A stretch of DNA of 64,000 bases from Candidatus Obscuribacteraceae bacterium (lineage in GTDB: Bacteria; Cyanobacteriota; Vampirovibrionia; Obscuribacterales; Obscuribacteraceae). The notes beneath the pieces were generated by a model. The model saw only the letters and a list, made by a program, of their open reading frames with translations, did no database searches and had not been told where the DNA came from. The stretch is from assembly GCA_044226015.1 (NCBI GenBank), contig JBGAHS010000007.1, positions 128,001-192,000 on the forward strand, in the 5' to 3' direction. Both the position numbers and the translations under genes were made by a program. This document shows positions 50,657 through 61,500 of this stretch, piece by piece. Every line of letters starts with the position of its first letter. Within the stretch, counting starts at the first letter, position 1.

Positions 50657-51235
50657 TTAGAGCAAGGCATATTCGGAAATGATATTGTAGTCGACTCCAT
50701 CGTTACCCGTGTGGCTCTCTATGAGGCTCAACTTCTCGATTTTCTGATGGAGCGGAACGTACTTTGAAATATCTAGCCCGTCCTCAATGCGATAATCTTT
50801 CTTAGTATCACGCGGAAATCGAAAAAGTGTCAAATGCGGATTGAACTTGTGCTCGTCCTCTTTCTCTCTATATTTATCAAGGCTATCGCGAAGGCGCTTA
50901 CCCAATTCTAGAACAGCAGAATCTAACTGTTTGGGCAGAAGTACAACTGCATTAGGTCTGCCCTTAGACCCAAACATGGTGAAATCTTCGTACGTGATTT
51001 GCAATTTTGACTGCTGATCGAGCAATTTCGGAAGCTCTTCTTTTATTTTTTTTTCGCTAGCTTCGTCGCAGTTGCCCAGGAACAACCATGTGATATGTAA
51101 TTTGTCGGGGCGAACCCAGCGCAGTTCACAGTCCCACCATTGCAGCAGTTTCGGCTCGATAGACTGGCGCATTTCAGCGATTTTTTCCGCGTCTTCTACG
51201 GGCAACATCGTGCCAATGAAAAGTCTTTTTTGCAT
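50657..51235 (-). CDS. thpR: RNA 2',3'-cyclic phosphodiesterase (2H family)
   Basis: RLFIG and two HxT motifs (LHITWLFLG, PHLTLFR). Confidence 0.88.
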   Translation of the reverse strand: MQKRLFIGTMLPVEDAEKIAEMRQSIEPKLLQWWDCELRWVRPDKLHITWLFLGNCDEASEKKIKEELPKLLDQQSKLQITYEDFTMFGSKGRPNAVVLLPKQLDSAVLELGKRLRDSLDKYREKEDEHKFNPHLTLFRFPRDTKKDYRIEDGLDISKYVPLHQKIEKLSLIESHTGNDGVDYNIISEYALL

Positions 51236-51238
51236 GCC

Positions 51239-53491
51239 CTATTCTTCTTTATTGCCGGCCAGAGAGTAAAATCCGCGCCCTTCGGTGGCATAGCGTTTTA
51301 GTAGTGGACAAACTGTGCGCTCAGCCGCCGAATTTGCGGCGAATGACGCTGCATAGAATGACTCGAGCTTTTGCACTACCTGAGCCAGTCCAAGCTGGTC
51401 GGCGTATTTCAGAAGACCGCCTCTGAAAGCGGGAAATCCTACACCGAGAATGAGGGCAAAGTCAATGTCACGTGGTCTTGCCACTACTCGTTCTTCAAGG
51501 CATCGCGCTGCTTCATCTAGCATGGCGAATACCATTCTGTTTATGATGCGTTCCTTTTCTGTCTGAGTGTATTTTTCCTCGGAAACAACTGCCCCCGTTT
51601 TTTCAAGCATGTCGGGGTTGATACCAAGTTTCTTTTCGCTGTTTTCCCAGAGGAAAAAGCCGAAGTTGCCACGCCTTCCAGACATGCCGATAGCGCAAAC
51701 ACGTTTGAAAATTTCCGGAGATTGCATGCGGTGCCCAAGCCCCTCTTCAAGATTTTTGGCTACAGTGAATGCGACGTCAATGCCAATTTCATCCATTAGC
51801 TGCATTGGTCCCATTGGCATACCAAACTCTAGTAGTGCGTCCTCAGCCCAGTTTACTGGTGTACCCTCTTCAGCCAGTCTGGCAAACTCAAAGAGGTAAA
51901 CAGTAAGCAGTCTGTTGATTAGAAAACCGGGCTTATCTTTGACTGTGAGCGATGTCTTGTCCAATTTCAAAATAAAGTTCGTTGCTTTTGCAAGCGCTGA
52001 TTTGCTGGTCGATGTATGGGCAATCAGTTCTACCAGAGGCATACGATCCACAGGGTGGAAGAAATGTACGCCCAGGAAATTCTCGGGCTTAGTCACCGAT
52101 TGGCTTAGCTCAGTGACGGAGAGAGCTGAGGTGTTCGTAGCTATGATGCATTTTTCATTGGCAGCTGTAGAAAGCTCTTTCAGTTTTTCGGCTTTTATCT
52201 CGTATTGCTCTGCCACGCATTCAATTATCAGCTCAGCCTTTGAAAGCTCTTGCACGTCGCTGACAATTTCTATTTTGGAGAGAATCTGGTCGAGAGCTTC
52301 TTGTTTCGACTCTGCATCATGTTTTACAGCCTTGCGCAGGGCGCCACGTTGTGCAAGCTCGCTTATCTTCTCTTTTACATTGCCGATTTTGCTTAGGTCA
52401 GTTTTTACTATTGCTTTGATACCGCTGGCGGCGGCAAGCTCTGCCAGGCTGCAGCCCATGTTGCCAGCACCGATGATGCCAATTGTGTTTACCTCTGATT
52501 CTGGAAACTTCCTAATTAGTGACTGAGCCGACGCCTTCGCAAGGTCTGAATTAAATACAAGCGAAATCAGGTTTGCCGAAACTTCACCAGCAGCAAGTTC
52601 TGCAAATGACTGAGATTCGACTTTTAACCCTTCAACGAGTCCCTTTTGCAAGCCAACGCGAATTGCTTTTATGGCCTCTGGTTGCGCTGGGTAGTGTCCT
52701 TTGCTGCGCAGTTTCACTGCTCTCTCTGAGACTGCAAGCATCTTTTCGGCCTTCTCAGGACTTAAATCAGTCAAGCAGTATGGTGTAGCTTTTACATCAG
52801 CGCTTGGAGTTTGCAGCTCTTCCTTGTTCTTTTTGACGAGCGCCTTCCATTCCGGCGAATCTATAAGCGCAAGTGCCTTCTCCTCTGCTTTCTCAATGAG
52901 CTGGTCGCTATTTACGAGGTCTTCTATCATTCCCATTTCTTTGGCTTGTTGGGAACTAACAGTGTTTGCACTTAGTATCATATCTAGTGCCGCTTTTAGT
53001 CCTACCATGCGCGGCAGGCGCTGAGTGCCACCGAGTCCAGGAATGAGTCCGAGTCTTGTTTCTGGTAATCCGAGAATTGTTTTTTCGTCAGTAGTCGCGA
53101 CTCGCCAGTGGCAAGAAAGCGCAATTTCGAGTCCGCCCCCAAGGCACGCACCGTTAATGGCAATTACGAAGGGTTTGCTGAATGTGGAAATTCGATTTAG
53201 CAGTGTTTGACCAGTTCTCGATAGTTTCAGCAAATCTTCTACGGACTCAGTTTTGCGAATCTCATACAGGTCTGCACCGATAATGAAACTGTCGTGTTTA
53301 CCGGAAATACCAATTACCGCTTTGATGGAGTCGTCTCTTTCGATTACGTCGAGAATTGAATTTAGTTCTTGAATCGTGGAGGTGCCCAGAGAATTAAACT
53401 TGCTGGCAGAGTCGAACATTATGAGCGCTACGCCCGAACTCCTTTTCACTGTTGTGAGTTCACGCTTAGTCTCTAGAGATTGTGTTGTCAT
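51239..53491 (-). CDS. Fatty-acid beta-oxidation multifunctional enzyme (enoyl-CoA hydratase / 3-hydroxyacyl-CoA dehydrogenase, FadB/FadJ-like)
   Basis: GADL, GACLGGGLE, LPETRLGLIPG, GAGNMG, TNTS, GVHFFHP and PGFLINR motifs. AGGAAG SD before ATG at 53491. Confidence 0.92.
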   Translation of the reverse strand: MTTQSLETKRELTTVKRSSGVALIMFDSASKFNSLGTSTIQELNSILDVIERDDSIKAVIGISGKHDSFIIGADLYEIRKTESVEDLLKLSRTGQTLLNRISTFSKPFVIAINGACLGGGLEIALSCHWRVATTDEKTILGLPETRLGLIPGLGGTQRLPRMVGLKAALDMILSANTVSSQQAKEMGMIEDLVNSDQLIEKAEEKALALIDSPEWKALVKKNKEELQTPSADVKATPYCLTDLSPEKAEKMLAVSERAVKLRSKGHYPAQPEAIKAIRVGLQKGLVEGLKVESQSFAELAAGEVSANLISLVFNSDLAKASAQSLIRKFPESEVNTIGIIGAGNMGCSLAELAAASGIKAIVKTDLSKIGNVKEKISELAQRGALRKAVKHDAESKQEALDQILSKIEIVSDVQELSKAELIIECVAEQYEIKAEKLKELSTAANEKCIIATNTSALSVTELSQSVTKPENFLGVHFFHPVDRMPLVELIAHTSTSKSALAKATNFILKLDKTSLTVKDKPGFLINRLLTVYLFEFARLAEEGTPVNWAEDALLEFGMPMGPMQLMDEIGIDVAFTVAKNLEEGLGHRMQSPEIFKRVCAIGMSGRRGNFGFFLWENSEKKLGINPDMLEKTGAVVSEEKYTQTEKERIINRMVFAMLDEAARCLEERVVARPRDIDFALILGVGFPAFRGGLLKYADQLGLAQVVQKLESFYAASFAANSAAERTVCPLLKRYATEGRGFYSLAGNKEE

Positions 53492-53692
53492 GTGCTTCCT
53501 GCCTGCTGACGCCATCCGTGGTGCGACCACTTCTTTTACCATATATGTCCGATATGTGCCTGTCCTCTGCATGCTAATGCAAAGGCATGTGTCATCGTGT
53601 TGCCAACCGTCGGACAGAAAGCTCGTCCTGATAAATGCGCTTCTGAGATTTGCGCCTGGCATAGCTTCGGCTGGTTTAGCCTGGCATCGAAT

Positions 53693-54238
53693 TTAAAGGC
53701 TTGAGTCTTCTTCGATTTGCTTGTGTCGTTTCATGCCTTTGGCTATCAGCCCACCGCCGATTGCAAGCGGTAAGACGATGAGGAGTAAGCTGAAGAAGCT
53801 CATAGAATTGAGGTAGATGTGCAAATTTACTATGACTGTGAAAACTATTCCGCATAGACCCCCAGCCATCAAGCCCCATCCAAGCTTATTCTTGAAGTCG
53901 TAAAAGAGAAAACCAAAGCCTATCAAAAAGAGCAAGAGAAACAAGCCCTGCCCCGAGCCAGCGCCAATGAATCCCCAGCCGAACCATCCACTGCTAACTC
54001 TCAAATTGCTAAAGAGAATCAAAATTCCAAGAAGGACAGCACCGAAACCCTTCAGAACTGTCATATCAGCTTTGCTGGCTTCTGATTCTTGCATCGGACT
54101 GAGTGGTTTTTTGTAGCCAGGGCTGAGGCTCTTCCCCTTCTGGCCGGAAGCCGGAAGATTGCTCGAGCTTTCCTCTTTCATTGAAAGTTCCAGCTGACGC
54201 AGCTTTTCTTCTATCTTGTCTTCTGGTGATTTGCTCAT
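53693..54238 (-). CDS. Hypothetical membrane protein (about 4 TM)
   Basis: Soluble N-terminus followed by four hydrophobic segments. Confidence 0.75.
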   Translation of the reverse strand: MSKSPEDKIEEKLRQLELSMKEESSSNLPASGQKGKSLSPGYKKPLSPMQESEASKADMTVLKGFGAVLLGILILFSNLRVSSGWFGWGFIGAGSGQGLFLLLFLIGFGFLFYDFKNKLGWGLMAGGLCGIVFTVIVNLHIYLNSMSFFSLLLIVLPLAIGGGLIAKGMKRHKQIEEDSSL

Positions 54239-54520
54239 TGTTTTGTTGCCTTGTATCCGTTGGATATCTTATCTGACTCGGAATGTATTGTCTTAGCATG
54301 GTCGTCAAGCAGAGGCGCTCTCCAGAACTATTATGGCTGAAGATGAAAATTTCTCCACAAATCAAATTTTTCTTCTAGAATGAAACATATTCTTCCCCGG
54401 CAAGGTCGAAGGTCTTAGCGTAATTTTTGCATTTTGTGCAAAAACTGTTGCTGATACGGGATAAAACGTTATCAAGGGGTATAACTAACTTACAGGTTTT
54501 TGCCCCACTAGGAAGGAAAC

Positions 54521-55912
54521 TTGCGCATGTTCAAAGCAGTTCGGAAGAACTTTCTGCTTTTGTCCGCTTGTATTGCTCTGCTTTCTCAGAATGCAGGGCA
54601 CGCTGCCTCGTACAAAGACGACGCCGCTCCTGGCTTGGGAGAAGGTGCTGGCGTGTGGGTGAACCTGTGGAATTACCCAGAGGGCGATCTCGATGCCTAC
54701 TGCCGTGACTTAACCGAACACGGCATCAAAAATATTTTCCTGCAAACTTCCAGAAGCAATACTCCATCTATTGTCAATCAAGCCAAGCTTGGTCAGGTGC
54801 TCGACGCTGCTCATAGACACGGCATCCGAGTCATGGCGTGGTCTTTTGCGGAACTGACTAACCCTGAGTCTGATGCAATCAAAATGGTAGAGGCTTGCGA
54901 ATACACAAGCCCAACCGGCCAGCATGTCGATGGTGCTGCGCCTAACATGGAGAAGAACCTCGAGCCCTGGCGCATAGAGAAATACGCGCAGACGATTCGC
55001 GCAAAGCTAGGACCGAACTACCCTATGATCGCGGTAGTGTATAGCCCGCTCAATAAGTGCTTCGAAGTGAAGCGCATTTCCTGGTCATTGCTGGCAAAAT
55101 ACTTCGATGTTATTGCTCCAATGATTTACTGGAACAGCAAGTACGAGAAGATTGAACCATACAGCTATACCGTTCGAACGGTGCAGAAAATTCGCGAATT
55201 GTCTGGCAAGGCAGATATTGAAATTAGCGCTATTGGTGATGGCATGGGTAGTGGCAGTGCTGCAATACATGATTTCATGCGCGCCTGTCGTGATTCTGAA
55301 GTAACTGGAATCAGCCTCTATCCGAACCAGCGAATAACGCAAGAGCAGAAGGAATCAGTCGCTCACCATGGCGATTACCTGAAGCCGAATGCTCGCTTCC
55401 GCCTGGCTGCGTTCCGTGAATACGTCAAGCAGGGGCACCTCAGCGCTCCAGAGGGAAATGACCCTGCCCGACCAGTAAATAGACGAGAGTTCTACAAGCT
55501 TATTGTGCGTCAGCTCTATCCAGCCTTTACTCCTTCCAAGAATGACAGGCACAATCACAGTGCCCTTCCTTCTGTGGCTGAGTGCAGAGATGCCAGTGGA
55601 GAACAGGCTCTCCAAATTCTTGTGAGTCTTGGGCTGGTTGCAGACATGTCGGAAATCAGTTCAATTCAGGGAATTCTCGATTCACCAATTTATCCAGAAG
55701 AAGCAATGTCGCTAGTTGCCACCATTCTTGAACTCGATAAGCAAAAGGTTCTGGGGCACAAGCACAACGTAGCGCACCGGGCTGACCGATGGTTAGTACC
55801 TAGCGCCAACGCTGAATCAGCTGCTAGTGCTGGTTCTGCCGCTAACAGGCGCGCACTGGACTACATTGATGCTTCGCACATGATTCTCCATGCAGCTTCT
55901 TCGCTGAAATAA
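54521..55912 (+). CDS. Secreted putative glycoside-hydrolase-like TIM-barrel protein with SLH-like C-terminus
   Basis: Signal peptide; GVW..., AAHRHGIRVMAW, VDG and FDVIAPMIYW pattern; PVNRREF SLH-like segment. Confidence 0.55.
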   Translation: MRMFKAVRKNFLLLSACIALLSQNAGHAASYKDDAAPGLGEGAGVWVNLWNYPEGDLDAYCRDLTEHGIKNIFLQTSRSNTPSIVNQAKLGQVLDAAHRHGIRVMAWSFAELTNPESDAIKMVEACEYTSPTGQHVDGAAPNMEKNLEPWRIEKYAQTIRAKLGPNYPMIAVVYSPLNKCFEVKRISWSLLAKYFDVIAPMIYWNSKYEKIEPYSYTVRTVQKIRELSGKADIEISAIGDGMGSGSAAIHDFMRACRDSEVTGISLYPNQRITQEQKESVAHHGDYLKPNARFRLAAFREYVKQGHLSAPEGNDPARPVNRREFYKLIVRQLYPAFTPSKNDRHNHSALPSVAECRDASGEQALQILVSLGLVADMSEISSIQGILDSPIYPEEAMSLVATILELDKQKVLGHKHNVAHRADRWLVPSANAESAASAGSAANRRALDYIDASHMILHAASSLK

Positions 55913-55935
55913 ACTATCCGTGCGAAATTCATTGC

Positions 55936-57264
55936 TTACTTGCTTTTGATATTCGGCATGAAGTATTTTTGCGCAGAGGCAGCTGTTTTTGGTCTGCCGT
56001 GGTAATTGTGATCGATATACTCCAAATCTACCAGGCTGCCGCTTGGAATTGCTGTGTACTTGAGTTTAAGCTCGTAGTCACAACCACCTGTGGGTCCGAT
56101 GCGGATGATCATTCGACCATCTCTGGTTTGGGTCGGAGGTGGCTGAAGTACTAGACAGCCGTGTGATGCTGGGGTGTCGCGCCAGACATCTGTTCCCCAG
56201 GAGTTTTCTTGCAAGAAATGTTCGTAGAAAGTTTTGAGTTGCATCGGAGTCAGCGCTGTCGTGAACTGTACTGTCCTTGAATGGTAAACGTCATCCTTCC
56301 CCGTTTTCATTATTTGGGCCGGATAAGGGAACTCTGGAACATAGTCGAAATGTGGCAAATAGCCGCCCGTATGTTTAGGTGGCTCAGCCTTGGGCAGATT
56401 TGCAAGTGATCGAGTTTTGCTAGACCAGGAAAATTTCGAAGTTGCTGCAGCAGATTCATTCTTATCTAAATTGAACGAGTTTATGAATTCTAGCACTGCC
56501 GGCGACACCATCTTTCCTCGCTGTCCAGAAACGGCAATCAAGTAAGCTTTGCTTTCTGACTTAAAAATTAGTGCCTTTGTTTCAACAGCTTCGTCCCCAT
56601 TTGCTTTGCTGACAAACTCAAACTGTCTTGCCGGCAGGCTCTTAAATGTGACGTCGGCCTCTTTGTATTCTCTTGCCTCTAAGCCTCCAGCCGCCAAGCT
56701 GGCGAAGTCCGCTTGTAATTTACTCAGGTCTAGTTTCTGGTCTACTGCCACAAACGCAATTGTCGACTTGAACCCGCTTTGCTCGGCAAAGAGCACAACA
56801 GCCATTTTTCCGAGCTGGGAAAGCTGTGCACGTTCTCTCTTTGGTGCTTTCCGGAAATCAACAGCGAAGAGTCCTTCGCCGCATTTGTACTTACCGTTTT
56901 GCGCTGCGTCAGCCGCCGTGATTTGCTTGCTCGATGCCGGCTCAGCATTGTTTTCGGAGTCCGTCTTAGGGCTGCTTTCTGAGTGTGTTTCAGGTTTGGA
57001 TTCGGGCTTAGAGTCAGATTTTTCTTGCTCGCTGAATTCGGAATTCTTTGTTTCCTTGTCTTCGCTATTGCCGCGTAAAACGCGAGCCCAATCGATATCA
57101 TGCGCTGGCTTCGAGTCCTTGCTTGATTCATCAGCTGAAGCTGTCGGTAGGTTGAGCGCGTTCAAAACCAGAAAAGTTTGCCAAACAGCAAGAACTGTAG
57201 TTCTGGAGAAAGCCGATAACAATTTCACGAGAATTAGAAAGCCTTTCGTTAGTATATGAGGCAA
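55936..57264 (-). CDS. Secreted hypothetical protein, possible PsbP/DcrB-like domain
   Basis: Signal peptide, acidic linker, and FKSLPARQFEF...AYLIAV...FINSF segment. Confidence 0.55.
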   Translation of the reverse strand: MPHILTKGFLILVKLLSAFSRTTVLAVWQTFLVLNALNLPTASADESSKDSKPAHDIDWARVLRGNSEDKETKNSEFSEQEKSDSKPESKPETHSESSPKTDSENNAEPASSKQITAADAAQNGKYKCGEGLFAVDFRKAPKRERAQLSQLGKMAVVLFAEQSGFKSTIAFVAVDQKLDLSKLQADFASLAAGGLEAREYKEADVTFKSLPARQFEFVSKANGDEAVETKALIFKSESKAYLIAVSGQRGKMVSPAVLEFINSFNLDKNESAAATSKFSWSSKTRSLANLPKAEPPKHTGGYLPHFDYVPEFPYPAQIMKTGKDDVYHSRTVQFTTALTPMQLKTFYEHFLQENSWGTDVWRDTPASHGCLVLQPPPTQTRDGRMIIRIGPTGGCDYELKLKYTAIPSGSLVDLEYIDHNYHGRPKTAASAQKYFMPNIKSK

Positions 57265-57391
57265 CCCGATACCACAGTCAAATATTGGGGCTGTGAATCT
57301 CCCTAAATTTGGGGTAATTAGTCTATCAGATCAAACCTTCCACCTTTGGGTGAAGGTTTATCAGAAGATAATATGGGTACACTCAGGTTAT

Positions 57392-57528
57392 GGAAACAAT
57401 CATTTTAGTGGAAAGGATCATCGCGGCTCCATGAAAGAGGACCCAGATGAAATGTTGGCTCTATAGTTTATGATTCCGGAGTTCAGTTGGCACCCGGTGC
57501 TGGCTCAAGCTTAGATGAAATTGTTTCC
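57392..57528 (+). ncRNA. Candidate structured RNA / 5' leader upstream of hpf
   Basis: Terminal stem GGAAACAAT/ATTGTTTCC enclosing several inner helices (see findings). Confidence 0.4.
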
Positions 57529-57607
57529 GATGAAGGCAGATGACTAGAAATAAAAATCCAAAATTGAATTTCTATTCTTCCAACAGCGAACTCTTGCATG
57601 GGGAGGT

Positions 57608-58207
57608 ATGTTCATGCATGTCACCGTAACCGGCCGAAATATTGATTTGACCCCGGCATTGAAGGATTACTTAATTGAGAAATTAAAACGAGCACAAAAG
57701 CATTTTGACCAGCCGCTGGACGCCACTGCGCTATTGAGTGTGGCGAAGAACCCCTCTATTGCAAATAACCAGACTGCTGAAGTGACCTTAAAAGTGAATG
57801 GAACAGTCATTCGCGGTGAGGAATCGACCGAAAACATGTACGCCTCAATCGACCTTGTTGCCGACAAGATTGAGCGTCAACTCCGAAAATACAAGACTCG
57901 CTATTGGCAGCGCAGTTCGAAGACAGTTCGTGATTCCTCTCCAGTTGTTCTTGATGAAATGGGTGAAGAGGAAGAAGATTACGAAATGGCTGTCGAAACA
58001 AAGACGCCGGGGTTTGAGCCTTCTAAACCAAAAATTGTTCGCTCGAAGCGCTTCCCCTTGAAACCGATGAAGCCAGAGGAAGCGGCAAGTCATATGGATT
58101 TGCTGGGGCATGACTTCTTCATGTTCATCAACTCCGAGTCTGGAATGGTCAACACTGTTTACCATCGCAGAGATGGAAACTATGGCTTGATTGAGCCAGA
58201 GTCTTAG
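57608..58207 (+). CDS. hpf: Ribosome hibernation promoting factor, long form (HPF/RaiA/LrtA)
   Basis: VTGRNIDLTPALKDY, MYASIDLVADKIERQLRKYK, and C-terminal KPM..EEA...LLGHDFF...YHRRDGNYGLIE. GGAGG SD. Confidence 0.96.
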   Translation: MFMHVTVTGRNIDLTPALKDYLIEKLKRAQKHFDQPLDATALLSVAKNPSIANNQTAEVTLKVNGTVIRGEESTENMYASIDLVADKIERQLRKYKTRYWQRSSKTVRDSSPVVLDEMGEEEEDYEMAVETKTPGFEPSKPKIVRSKRFPLKPMKPEEAASHMDLLGHDFFMFINSESGMVNTVYHRRDGNYGLIEPES

Positions 58208-58230
58208 GCTCGACTTTTTCGAATCTATCG

Positions 58231-58260
58231 ACGCACGGCATTCTTGCCGTGCGTTTTTGT
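58231..58260 (+). terminator. Rho-independent terminator
   Basis: ACGCACGGCA-ttct-TGCCGTGCGT followed by TTTT. Confidence 0.85.
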
Positions 58261-58551
58261 TAGCTGTTCCAGATGACGACGCTTCCAGGCTGAAAATTTG
58301 AACGCTGCTTTGTTCTACATTGGCAACTGCCAGGAACTTGCGCTTACCATTACTACAAAAAATATCGATCAGGTGCACAAGAAGTGCCGGTATGACAACT
58401 CTCCTTTAATAGTTGTTTGATCTAGGGTAGTTTCTGTATCTATGACAACTCGCTCTCGTATAAAATCGAGCGGGGCATTTGCCCTCGATGGAACAAAAAT
58501 GACCTTGCCAAGGTCACCTGATTTCAGGTTTTACCAAACTGGATTGCTACG

Positions 58552-61500
58552 ATGCAGAGAAAGGACGTTTTGGAATTGGCTATGAGTACCGCCCGCAACT
58601 TTGGAGCGTTCTGGTTCAACAACAACAGAAAGCGCGTGAGTTTATTGCTAGCAGCGACTATAACTTTAGGGCTGGCATTGCCGCCTCTGAGCTTTGCTGC
58701 AAGTGAAAGAGTAGTTTCGCTGAACAACGATGGGGTCAACGCTCTGAAGAGCAGCAATTACCCACTTGCCGTGCAGAAATTTCAGGAGTGCTTGAAGGTT
58801 GACCCGAGCTACAAACTTGCAAAGGAAAACCTGGCGATCTGTTTCAACAACTGGGGCATCTCGCTTCAAGGCAGTCCTGCTCAGGCAATCGACAAATTTC
58901 ACAAGTCGCTCTTTTACAGTCCAGACAACGCCACGGCTGTTCAGAACCTTGAAGTGACGATTCAAAACATGGGGAAAAATCCCCGCTCATTTGCTGATCG
59001 TGTTGAACTTGGTAAAGCTGCAAGACGTTCGGGCGACCTTGAGGGCGGCATTGTCGAGTTTGCTGAAGCACTGAAGCTGAAGGAAGATCCAGCTTTGCGT
59101 GTTGAGTTGGGAAATTTGTATTACGTGCGTGAGCGTGTTGATGATGCAATTGCGCAGTACAACATTGCTGCCAAAAATCCAAATCTTGACCCTGATATCA
59201 AAGCCAAAGTGTATAGAAGTTTGGGACAGGCATACCAGGCAAAGCAAGATTATCCTCACGCAGTCGAAGCTTACAATACTGCTATAACGTTGAACCGCAC
59301 AGACAAAGAAACGCTTGAAGCAAACAAAGCGGTTTGGATGGATGCAGTTAAGAAAGACCCGACGAATCCATCGAACCACGTTGGTCTCGGTCAGGCTTAC
59401 ATGTACATAGGCGACTTTGGTCAGGGCGAAGCAGAGCTTAGAACTGCACTTATGTTCGACAAGAGCAATGCGGCAGCAAATCAATTGCTTGCCAGAATTC
59501 CGCTGGCAAAACGCATGTTCGACCGCGACAAGCACATGGACAATGGTGTTGATTTACAACAACGTAAGCTTTATGACGCTGCGATTCAAGAATACAATGC
59601 AGCACTGGCGGCTGACACGTCACTTTCGAATCCCGCAGATAGAATCAGTGTAGAAATTTTCTTGAACCTGGGTTCTGCTTATCAGGCTAAAGAAGATTAT
59701 CAATCTGCGATTAGTTTCTATCAAAAGGCTCTTCAACTCAAGCCTGACTACCAGGCGGCACAAGAGGGCTTGAAGGTTTCGCAGGAAAGATTGAAAGGCA
59801 AACAGCTTGACGAAGCCGCTGCAGATGGTGCCAACCAATTTAAGGCAGGCAACTTCGCTGAAGCTTTGAAGCGCTACCAAATGATTCTCGCTAACAATCC
59901 TAAAGATCCTGCAGCACACTTTAACGTTGCTGCGACCTTGCAAGCGTTGAAGCAAATTGACCAGGCAATTGCTGAGTTCAAGACTGCTGTGCAGTTGGCT
60001 CCAGATAATAAGCAATATAAGGATTACTTGACCAAGGCAATTCAAGACAAGGCCGACCCAATCATCGATGCTGCTGTCAAAAAACACGCAGACAAAGATT
60101 ACGCTTCTGCTATTCCTTTGTATATGCAAGCGCTGGCTATCGTGCCAGACAACACCAAAGTTCTCTTCAATCTTGCCGCTTGCTATTACGCAAGGCAGCA
60201 ATTCCCAGAAGCACAAAAGCTTTATGAGCAGCTCTATCAGAAAGACCCCAAAGGTTATGTTGATGACCTGTGGTTGATAGGCACAATTCTGGAAAACAGC
60301 AAACGCGGAACAGATGCTCTTTCAACCTATACGAAGTACATCACTGAAGCACCGCGCGGAACCTATGTCACGCAAGCGAAGGATCGTATTGACGCTTTGC
60401 GCAAGGATCCTAACGACACAATGAAGATCAAGAGCGAGTCTGAAATCGCTCAAGACAAGCAAGCCGATGATGAATACAAAGCTGGTGTTGCGGCTCAGCA
60501 AAGTAAGAACTTCGACGAGGCATACCAACACTACATGAAGGCTTTCACCGTTAAGCCGAAAGACCCAACCATTGCGTTTGCAATTGGTACGATGTTCCAG
60601 CAAAAGGGTGACATCGATTCTGCAACGAAGTGGTTCCAGAATGCTATTGATCTTGCGGCTGCTGATTCTAAATTCGACAAGAAGACTGCTGATGAATTCA
60701 AGCAAGCGCTCAAGCAAGCGAAAATTGACTCTGCCAAGCCTATCGTTGACGAAGCGGTGAAAAGGCAGGCTTCTGGTGACCAGACTGGTGCTATTGAGTT
60801 GTATCAAAAAGCACTCGTGTCTGTTCCAGACAATGCGCGCATTTGGACTAATCTCGGTCAGGCTTATCAGCTTACTGACGATTTCGCTAAAGCAAGAGAT
60901 TGCTACGTGAAAGCCGTCACGCTTGATCCTAAGAATGAAAGCGCTGACTGGTACCTGATCGCGAAAATCGATGAAAACTACGGGCAAGGACCTGATGCTA
61001 TTAAGCACTACAGGCAGTATCTGCTTGGTTCGCCATCAGGGCAATATGTCGCTGATACAAACTCACGACTGGCTGAACTGAGCAAAGATGTGACCAAGAC
61101 TCAGAAGCTTCCAACTCAGTCTGAAATCAAGTCGACCAAGCTTGCCGACGATGAGTACAACGCTGGTCTGGCTGCACAGAAAGGCGGCAACCCGCAGGAA
61201 GCTCTCGGTCACTATCAGAAAGCTGTTGCAGCTAAACCTGATGAGTCGGCCTACGTAGAAGCTATCGCAACTTGCTATCAACAGTTGAAGGATTACGACA
61301 ATGCGTTGAGATCTTACGATCAAGCAATTGCACTCGCGACTAAGAACAATCGTCAAAAAGACATCGAAATCTACAAGCAACAACGTCAGTCTTGCGCTGA
61401 GGAAAAAGCTGGTCCTGTGGTTGATCAGGCTCTGGAGGCTTTCAATGCGAAGAACTATGCTAAGGCTGCTGATCTCTATGGTCAGGCAATTCAAAGCGTG

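Noticed and set aside
53492..53662. N-terminal extension of the FadJ-like protein
   Set aside because: A better SD and ATG lie at 53491, and the extension has no domain-like character. ORF-track starts of mnmA, rplU and the amidase are similarly over-extended.
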